Part shown: positions 57,606 through 64,000 of the stretch, piece after piece | How the letters are laid out: every line of letters starts with the position of its first letter | Position numbering within the stretch: position 1 is the first letter of the stretch | IMG/VR virus record: IMGVR_UViG_3300045988_042432 | DNA: 64,000 nucleotides | Source of the DNA: a virus | Reading direction: 5' to 3' (one strand) | The notes under the pieces: model-generated | The model's database searches: none | What the model was told of the DNA's origin: nothing | The model's input: the letters and a program-made list of their open reading frames with translations, nothing else | Translations under genes and position numbers: made by a program

Positions 57606-58610
57606 ATGGTATTGGAATATGAACCTAAAATTACTAAGAAGTATTTACTTGAAAGGCAGACTCAGGAAACTTATCTTGAGTACTATCTAGGAATCCCAGT
57701 TAAGAAAGGGTTGTTTAAATCTCCGTTGAGAAATGATAATTCTCCTACGTGTTCCTTTTATAGGAATGCGTCTGGAGACATCATATTCAATGACTTCAGC
57801 GGACAGTTCTATGGTAATTTCATTAGTGTGGTTATGTATAAGTATAGTTGTACTTATTATAAGGCATTGCAAATAATTGCTAACGACTTTGGCTATATAA
57901 CTCATAAAACGTTACCTAAGAACAATAAGCCTGTAGTCGCAAGTAAGTCTGAATTTAAGGACGATGGACCTGCGATTATAAGAGCTGATGTACAAGAGTT
58001 CACTGAATCTGAACTACAGTGGTGGGCACAATATGGCATTACTAAGGAGATTCTGAAGAGATTCAGAGTCTATTCTTGCAAGGCTGTCTATTTAAATGGC
58101 AGTTATTATGCCACTACTGGTCCACAGAATCCCATGTTTGGCTATTATCGTGGTAAGAACGATAAAGGGGTTGAGTTATGGAGAATCTACTTTCCATTTA
58201 GAGAAAGAGGAACTACACGGTTTCTATCTAACTGGAAGTCTATCATGTTACAGGGAGCACATCAGCTTCCGGCAGAAGGCGATTTGTTAGTAGTTACTAA
58301 GAGTATGAAAGACGTTATGTGTCTATATTCTTTAGGAATTACTGCAATAGCTCCTAATTCAGAGAATTTATTCTTAACTGAATCTCAATTCGAGAAGTTG
58401 AGTAAAAGATTTAAGAAGATAGTTGTATTCTATGATAACGACTTGCCTGGCATTCATAACATGAACCAGATAAGAAAGAAGTTTAACATAGACTGCATCT
58501 TCATTCCTAGGTCTTATGGAGCTAAAGATATATCTGACTTTCATGCTAAATATGGTAGAGAGAAGACACTTAATTTAATTGAAAGGGCATGGAGAACACT
58601 GAAGAAGTAA
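57606..58610 (+). CDS. DnaG-like primase (Toprim domain)
   Basis: Track ORF of 334 aa. SPLRNDNSPTCSFY resembles the DnaG zinc-region CPFH.EKTPSF. VVFYDNDLPG is a Toprim DxD. Confidence 0.55.
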   Translation: MVLEYEPKITKKYLLERQTQETYLEYYLGIPVKKGLFKSPLRNDNSPTCSFYRNASGDIIFNDFSGQFYGNFISVVMYKYSCTYYKALQIIANDFGYITHKTLPKNNKPVVASKSEFKDDGPAIIRADVQEFTESELQWWAQYGITKEILKRFRVYSCKAVYLNGSYYATTGPQNPMFGYYRGKNDKGVELWRIYFPFRERGTTRFLSNWKSIMLQGAHQLPAEGDLLVVTKSMKDVMCLYSLGITAIAPNSENLFLTESQFEKLSKRFKKIVVFYDNDLPGIHNMNQIRKKFNIDCIFIPRSYGAKDISDFHAKYGREKTLNLIERAWRTLKK

Positions 58611-58984
58611 AACCGAAGAAGAAACGTAACGGTGCATATGCTAAACGTAAAGGTAATAATTATGAACTTAAGATTATTAAGGAATTGATAGGACTTGGTT
58701 ATAAAGGCCTAAAGTCATCTCGTAGTGAGTCCAAGAATCTGGACGATGCTAAAATTGACATAGCTGAAACCGAGGACAAATTGCCATGTTACGTACAATG
58801 TAAATGTACTAAGAACACACCGTCTATTGCTGAAATTATCAAAACATGTGGTCGTAAAGATAGACCCTTAGTAATAATCTGGAACAAGCAGATTGACAAG
58901 GGAGTAAACATGGGCTCTGACGGAGAATACGTTATGATGAGTAAAGATTTCTTTTATGAACTTATTAAGAAGGCTACGGAGTAA
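58589..58984 (+). CDS. possible PD-(D/E)XK nuclease / resolvase-like protein
   Basis: Track ORF of 131 aa. The pattern NNYE...LDDAKIDI...YVQCK fits E...D...(E/Q)xK. Weak evidence. Confidence 0.35.
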   Translation: MENTEEVKPKKKRNGAYAKRKGNNYELKIIKELIGLGYKGLKSSRSESKNLDDAKIDIAETEDKLPCYVQCKCTKNTPSIAEIIKTCGRKDRPLVIIWNKQIDKGVNMGSDGEYVMMSKDFFYELIKKATE

Positions 58985-59095
58985 TCTGTGGCTTTCTTTG
59001 TTTAGTAATGCTTGATTAGAATATCCTATGGCAAATTTGATATATTCACATCTTGACTTACTAAATCTTGAATCATTTAATTATTATATCTGCTG

Positions 59096-59317
59096 ATGAA
59101 CACTTATATTCTGCCTTGTTATAGTCTGGACGACGGTGATTTATGGCTAGAGAAGGTAAGAGCTAGAAGCTTTACAGAAGCTGAGGATAAGTTTATTGAC
59201 TTATTCATTACAGATTATGACATAGACCCTCCAGGTGATTATGATGAACTGGCAGGTACTATGGCTAAAGACAAAGAGATAATTATTGGTGACATATACG
59301 ATATAGAAGAGTTCTAG
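59096..59317 (+). CDS. acidic hypothetical protein (73 aa)
   Basis: Track ORF. Confidence 0.55.
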   Translation: MNTYILPCYSLDDGDLWLEKVRARSFTEAEDKFIDLFITDYDIDPPGDYDELAGTMAKDKEIIIGDIYDIEEF

Positions 59318-59336
59318 TCGTACAAGATGACAATGA

Positions 59337-59840
59337 ATGTTTAGAATAGGTTTAGATATTGACGATTGTCTAGCTGACTTTTGGGGTGCTTACTGTGAGT
59401 ACTTCGATACAGCTAGTAATCCACGTATGCTTGAAGATAGCATGATTACTAGGAATGTACAACGTATTCTTAGTAAGGACAGAGACTTCTGGTTAAATCT
59501 CAAAGTAGTTAACAGACCTGATTTTGTTCCGGAATTATATTGCACTAAACGTGTAAACAATAAAACTTGGACTAAAGAATGGCTAAGACGAAATGGATTC
59601 CCAGATAGACCAGTCTATCAAATGTATTACCAACACGGTAATAAGGCTGATATGATTAAAGGTAAAGTGGATGTCTTTATTGACGATTCTTTAAGTAACG
59701 TACTAAAATGTCAACGTTCTGGACTGCCTGCATTATTAATGCATACAGAAAGGACTATTGACTTTCCTATGTTTAAAGTATTCTCCTTATGTAAAGATGA
59801 GATTATAGATGCTTATCAATTCATGAGGAGTTATGCTTAA
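59337..59840 (+). CDS. HAD-superfamily 5'(3')-deoxyribonucleotidase-like protein
   Basis: Track ORF of 167 aa. The N-terminal IGLDIDDCLADF is a DxDx(T/V/L) motif, and there is a late VFIDDS. Confidence 0.5.
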   Translation: MFRIGLDIDDCLADFWGAYCEYFDTASNPRMLEDSMITRNVQRILSKDRDFWLNLKVVNRPDFVPELYCTKRVNNKTWTKEWLRRNGFPDRPVYQMYYQHGNKADMIKGKVDVFIDDSLSNVLKCQRSGLPALLMHTERTIDFPMFKVFSLCKDEIIDAYQFMRSYA

Positions 59841-60870
59841 AGACATTAAAATTACACCACTAATTGAAACTATCAAGTTCCTTGAGATAAGTGATGAGGA
59901 GTATTTCAGTGAAGCTTATTCTGATTACATTAGTAATTCTAGATTGAAGCTTATAAACCCAGAACAAGGAGGTAGCCCAGAAGCTTATTTAGCAGGACTG
60001 GGTGCTGATGGAAGATACTCCGATTCGCTGTACTTTGGTTCGGCAGTACATGAACTAGTACTGCAACCAGAGTCTTTTATTCTTGTAGAGTCTGTAGATA
60101 GACCAACAGCTAAAGCCGGATTCATGGCTGATGAGCTGTATCCTTTATTTATAGCTAATGGTGTTGTTACTAAGGATGAGATAGTAGTAGCGTCTGACAA
60201 GATTAGCTATTATAAAGGTAAAATGGATGAAGACAAAATGGATGCTCTGCGCATAAAATGCGAGAACTATTATGCTCAACGCACAGCTTATGAGTGGGGC
60301 AGCAAATATGTTGCAGATAAGGTTCCAATTTATCTTGATGCTAAATCTAGAGACAAACTACGAGAATGTATTGTATCAGTTGAATGTAATCCACAAATAC
60401 AATCCTTATTGAATCCAGACTATTTATTAGAGAAGCCAATCTCCAAGAATGAGTCTGTACTATTAATAGATGTGCTTGTTGAGCATAATGGTCTTAGTAA
60501 GGTTCTCAAACTAAAAGCTAAGTTGGATAATTTTACATACAGTCCAGAGTCGAATGAATTAGTTCTCAATGACTTGAAGACTAGTGGACATTATCTCACT
60601 AAGTTTCATGAGAGCTTTGATAAGTATCACTATGCTAGGCAAATGGCTATGTATATGTGGATGCTGAAATTGTACATAGAGAATGAATATAAGGCAAAGC
60701 CCACACTTAAGGCTAATATGTTAGTGGTATCAACAGTTCCGGATTTTAGGTCTGGAGTGTTTCCTGTTAATAATGGTCATATGTTGTCGGGTTTTACTGA
60801 ATTTACTACATTGTTGAGGCGTGTAGCATATTACGAGCTTTATGGATACGATGCTGATGGAATACTATGA
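59833..60870 (+). CDS. RecB-family PD-(D/E)XK nuclease (recombination exonuclease-like)
   Basis: Track ORF of 345 aa. AKLDNF...LVLNDLKTSGH is D...(D/E)xK. ARQMAMY is the QxxxY motif typical of RecB-like nucleases. Confidence 0.55.
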   Translation: MLKDIKITPLIETIKFLEISDEEYFSEAYSDYISNSRLKLINPEQGGSPEAYLAGLGADGRYSDSLYFGSAVHELVLQPESFILVESVDRPTAKAGFMADELYPLFIANGVVTKDEIVVASDKISYYKGKMDEDKMDALRIKCENYYAQRTAYEWGSKYVADKVPIYLDAKSRDKLRECIVSVECNPQIQSLLNPDYLLEKPISKNESVLLIDVLVEHNGLSKVLKLKAKLDNFTYSPESNELVLNDLKTSGHYLTKFHESFDKYHYARQMAMYMWMLKLYIENEYKAKPTLKANMLVVSTVPDFRSGVFPVNNGHMLSGFTEFTTLLRRVAYYELYGYDADGIL

Positions 60871-61234
60871 GCCTACTATGAATGATTTGAAGGAATATTA
60901 CAAGCAGTACTTCAGTTTAGGATGTCTGGCCTGTGATATAGGAACTAAGTTTGCTTTAATATCACTAATATGCTTTCTTACTAAGCAAGCTAGGAACAAA
61001 ACTCCTAACGCAACTACTTGGCAAGTAATCCAGAAGATTAGACAGGGCAAAGAAAGTCATAATTCGGAGGGTCTTCTTAAAGGTCTCGCAGTTATATGTG
61101 ATGATTTTATGAGAAACACTACCGAGTTCTTGACATTTGATTTAAAATCGGCTAAAGATATGGTTGCTAAGATTAATGAAATTCTTGATAAAGAGCTTCC
61201 TTGGGAACCTACTACGCCAGAAACGCCATTTTAA
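60842..61234 (+). CDS. hypothetical protein (130 aa)
   Basis: Track ORF with a 29-nt overlap. Alternative ATGs lie at 60851, 60857 and 60878. Confidence 0.55.
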   Translation: MDTMLMEYYEPTMNDLKEYYKQYFSLGCLACDIGTKFALISLICFLTKQARNKTPNATTWQVIQKIRQGKESHNSEGLLKGLAVICDDFMRNTTEFLTFDLKSAKDMVAKINEILDKELPWEPTTPETPF

Positions 61235-61236
61235 TT

Positions 61237-61458
61237 ATGGTACATGACAGATATTTGAATAACATGGCTATAATTCATAGTTTGGAAGTATTAGCCAGGA
61301 AACATCCCGATATGCGTTTCCACCAGCTGTTATGGGCAGCAGGATTAATAGAAAAACGCTCTGACAAAATCGTGGACAAGTTCTACGAGGAAAGTCGAGA
61401 CACATGGGAGCAAATGACTAAAAATGAATTTTGCTTTCCGCCAAACGATAATAGTTAA
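61237..61458 (+). CDS. hypothetical protein
   Basis: Track ORF 61201..61458 uses TTG. ATG 61237 follows the upstream stop. Confidence 0.55.
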   Translation: MVHDRYLNNMAIIHSLEVLARKHPDMRFHQLLWAAGLIEKRSDKIVDKFYEESRDTWEQMTKNEFCFPPNDNS

Positions 61459-61491
61459 ATCTTATTAACTCACTAATTGTTGGCAATTTAC

Positions 61492-61522
61492 TTGTGTAGT
61501 TACAAGAAATGTAGTATCTTTG
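61492..61522 (+). promoter_or_regulatory. putative Bacteroidetes-type promoter P1 (TTGT-N19-TATCTTTG)
   Basis: -7 TAtcTTTG at 61515-61522. The -33 is imperfect. It is followed by the small hairpin CTCTC-gaag-GAGAG. Confidence 0.4.
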
Positions 61523-61590
61523 TAACGCTTTCCTCTCGAAGGAGAGTCAGATTAATAGAATTAAATTTAGATTATTTTGCATTAGAACTG

Positions 61591-61622
61591 TTTGGTAGTT
61601 TACTATTAAAGCAGTACCTTTG
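61591..61622 (+). promoter_or_regulatory. Bacteroidetes-type promoter P2 (TTTG-N20-TACCTTTG)
   Basis: -33 TTTG at 61591-61594, 20-nt spacer, -7 TAccTTTG at 61615-61622. Confidence 0.6.
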
Positions 61623-61656
61623 TAATACAATAACAAAGAGATATGACAATGAACTA

Positions 61657-62214
61657 ATGTTTAAATTCCAATTAATTATGACAAACCAAGTAAATTTTAA
61701 GAACGTAGAAGTAAAAGGTTATACTAAACAAGAAGCAATCGCACAAGCACCTTTCCAAGTAATTCGTGATGCAACTCAGGCATGGAAGACAGCTGGTAAA
61801 CCTATTTCAGAGAAAGCTTTGAAGGAATTTGAAGCAGAGTATCTGGCTAAGCATACTAAGTTTGCTGCTGGCATCGGATGTTCTATCACATTTGAAGCAG
61901 GTTCTGCTGATACTCGTGAACGTCCTTATACTATGCGTGACATCAAGAACGAGAAAGGTAAACGTAAATACAAAACTGGCTATCAGGGAATCAATCCTGC
62001 AACTGGTGAAGTATTGTTCTTGAACTTTGAAACTAAAACTAAAGCCAAAGAAATCGCTAAGGAACTTTACACTAAGAAAGGTTATACTGGCGATATCTAT
62101 TGCAAGTACATCAAGGCTGTAGTTGAAGGCGAAGACGGTGCTTTTGAAGTAAAACACACTCCGTCAAAATCAGCTAAGATGGGTACATATATTTGCTTTG
62201 GGGTCGAGGGCTAA
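61657..62214 (+). CDS. hypothetical protein, probably highly expressed (own promoter and strong terminator)
   Basis: Track ORF 61477..62214 spans both promoters. ATG 61657 or 61678 (MTNQVNFKNVEVKGY...) lies downstream of P2. Confidence 0.6.
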   Translation: MFKFQLIMTNQVNFKNVEVKGYTKQEAIAQAPFQVIRDATQAWKTAGKPISEKALKEFEAEYLAKHTKFAAGIGCSITFEAGSADTRERPYTMRDIKNEKGKRKYKTGYQGINPATGEVLFLNFETKTKAKEIAKELYTKKGYTGDIYCKYIKAVVEGEDGAFEVKHTPSKSAKMGTYICFGVEG

Positions 62215-62240
62215 GCCAACTTCTACTGACCTTAAATATC

Positions 62241-62285
62241 AAAGGGATTATCTTATGTGAATAAGGTAGTCCCTTTTCTTTTTAT
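62241..62285 (+). terminator. intrinsic terminator
   Basis: A 14-bp stem (AAGGGATTATCTTA / TAAGGTAGTCCCTT) with loop TGTGAA, followed by TTCTTTTTATT. Confidence 0.75.
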
Positions 62286-62356
62286 TCAGATGTGCATAAC
62301 TAAAAGAGATTAGATTTTATATAAGCGCCGAAAGGTTATCTAATTTTAACTCAGAA

Positions 62357-63931
62357 ATGAGAGAAACAACAATTATCAAGCTAATCAATCACTTACAAGA
62401 AGTTTTAAAACAGAACATTAGTTTAAATGCATATGCAGAACAAGTAGGTCTTCCACAGAATTACTTCTGGGTAAAGAAACAGGTAGTAAACAAAGATATA
62501 GCTGATGGCAGTATCGACAAGGAATCCTACGACATAATAATGAGTCTGTATGACAAGGTTAGCAAGAGAGGTATTATACGTCGTTCTAAATTGGAAGAAG
62601 TGACATCTTCTGAAGAGGAGGAAACTAGTACTGGCAAGATTACATTGGTCAGAAATGATGAAGGTAAGATTGTTAAGTATCAATTCACTATTCCGCTAAG
62701 AGACAAAGCACCATTTACTGGCAGTCTTACTAGGGATGAAATGAATATGATTCATAGACTTTACTCTTATTATGGTTCATCCATAACACAAAGAGAAGTA
62801 AGTCGTAGCTTCCCTGAATATTCTCTAGAGGAGTTTAAGAAGATTCTCAAAGTCTTCAATATTACTAAAGCCGCAGCACCATTTGCTCCTCATGTTATTG
62901 AGGAGAATACTATTGACGAGCTTAAAGATATGCAACTAAGGGAGAAGGAGAATGACTTCCTAAGGGGCATAGAAGCAGAACGCATCAAGAATAACGAGCG
63001 ACTACTTAAGAAGTATGCCATGGAGAATGCCGAACTGAAAGCTAAAATAGCTGACGGCAAAGCTCTTATAGAAGGGCTAGACTTCAATAATCTGTATGAC
63101 TGGGGACGTATGCCGACAATTTCTAACGGCAAAGACCTAATCATATGGTTGTCTGATATTCATACTGGAGCCACAGTGTCTCCTCTATCTATTTATCAGA
63201 ATCCTTATAACGAAGAAGAAATGAAGAAGAGATTTGACATGATTATAAAGAGAGTATATACTGAAGCTTATTACATTGGTGGTGGGTTTGAGAATATAGT
63301 TATCTGCAATCTTGGAGATTCTCTTGACGGATATAATGGACAAACTACAAGAGGTGGTCATGAACTGGCTCAAAACATGAGCAATAAGGAGCAATTGCAA
63401 ACTTATATTAAGTTAATGACTAGCTTTGTTAAATCTCTGATAGAGAATGTAAAGCATACCAATATGTATTATTATTGTGTTGGCGAGTCTAATCATGATG
63501 GTGATTTTGGTTATGCTGCTAACTTGGCATTAGCTGCTGTATTAGAACAGTTTGATGTTAAATGTCAAGTATTTGACAAGTTCATAGGAGAGTTTACTCT
63601 TAATGAAACTACCTATGTAATGTGTCATGGTAAAGATAATAAAGACATGTTCAAGAATCTACCATTAACTCTTGACGTGAAGACAGAGAATTTCATCAAT
63701 GAATATTTGGACAATAAGGGCATCACTGGTAATGTAGTCTTTGTAAAAGGAGATTTACATCAGTCAGCCACTACTTATGGTAGAAGATTTACCTATAAGT
63801 CAGTTGGTTCATTATTTGGAAGTTCCGAATGGATTCACAAGAATTTTGGAAATACATGTTGGAGCTGTGACTATTCTATTGTCGACGAAGCTGGTAATAG
63901 ATTAGATGGATTAATCACAGCTAAGTCCTAA
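62357..63931 (+). CDS. calcineurin-like metallophosphoesterase with long N-terminal extension (Mre11/SbcD-like?)
   Basis: Track ORF of 524 aa. Motifs: WLSDIHTG (DxH), NLGDSLDG (GDxxD), GESNHDG (GNH[DE]), MCHGKD, KGDLHQ. Confidence 0.6.
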   Translation: MRETTIIKLINHLQEVLKQNISLNAYAEQVGLPQNYFWVKKQVVNKDIADGSIDKESYDIIMSLYDKVSKRGIIRRSKLEEVTSSEEEETSTGKITLVRNDEGKIVKYQFTIPLRDKAPFTGSLTRDEMNMIHRLYSYYGSSITQREVSRSFPEYSLEEFKKILKVFNITKAAAPFAPHVIEENTIDELKDMQLREKENDFLRGIEAERIKNNERLLKKYAMENAELKAKIADGKALIEGLDFNNLYDWGRMPTISNGKDLIIWLSDIHTGATVSPLSIYQNPYNEEEMKKRFDMIIKRVYTEAYYIGGGFENIVICNLGDSLDGYNGQTTRGGHELAQNMSNKEQLQTYIKLMTSFVKSLIENVKHTNMYYYCVGESNHDGDFGYAANLALAAVLEQFDVKCQVFDKFIGEFTLNETTYVMCHGKDNKDMFKNLPLTLDVKTENFINEYLDNKGITGNVVFVKGDLHQSATTYGRRFTYKSVGSLFGSSEWIHKNFGNTCWSCDYSIVDEAGNRLDGLITAKS

Positions 63932-63962
63932 GTTAGAAATTCTATAATTCCATACAAATAGT

Positions 63963-63993
63963 TTTGATTCGTCCATATTGTTTAGTAACTTTG
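63963..63993 (+). promoter_or_regulatory. Bacteroidetes-type promoter (TTTG-N19-TAACTTTG) at the window end
   Basis: -33 TTTG at 63963-63966, 19-nt spacer, -7 TAacTTTG at 63986-63993. Confidence 0.55.
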
Positions 63994-64000
63994 TCAAAAA

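Overview
AT-rich, densely coded dsDNA phage-like segment. Bacteroidetes-type promoter boxes (TTTG-N19/20-TAnnTTTG), a Bacteroidetes-like tmRNA and an amber-suppressor tRNA suggest a crAss-like phage of a Bacteroidetes host, but that is inference, not shown. Layout: (1) 1-2907, ten tightly coupled minus-strand genes. (2) 2908-3560, divergent regulatory region with a repeated 14-mer. (3) 3561-9439, small plus-strand genes; five carry the same pseudoknot-like leader at the start codon, and one canonical hammerhead ribozyme lies between two genes. (4) 9.4-45.4 kb, an accessory island with about 30 tRNA or tRNA-like genes read by hand. These include a CUA suppressor, several non-canonical tRNAs, a tmRNA, three HNH endonucleases and one PD-(D/E)XK homing-type endonuclease tied to broken or duplicated tRNA pieces, and two covarying hairpin families flanking tRNAs. 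The island also holds long GC-enriched spacers and protein genes: TROVE/vWA-like, PTH2-like, NfeD plus flotillin, vWA, adenylosuccinate-synthetase-like, AAA+, RNase H, bactofilin-like, and a three-member paralog family. (5) 45.4-64 kb, small genes followed by a replication and recombination module: SF2 helicase, DnaB-like helicase, ATPase, SSB-like protein, DnaG-like primase, nucleases, HAD nucleotidase and a metallophosphoesterase. All RNA folds and motif matches were done by eye and need tRNAscan-SE, ARAGORN, Infernal or HMM confirmation.
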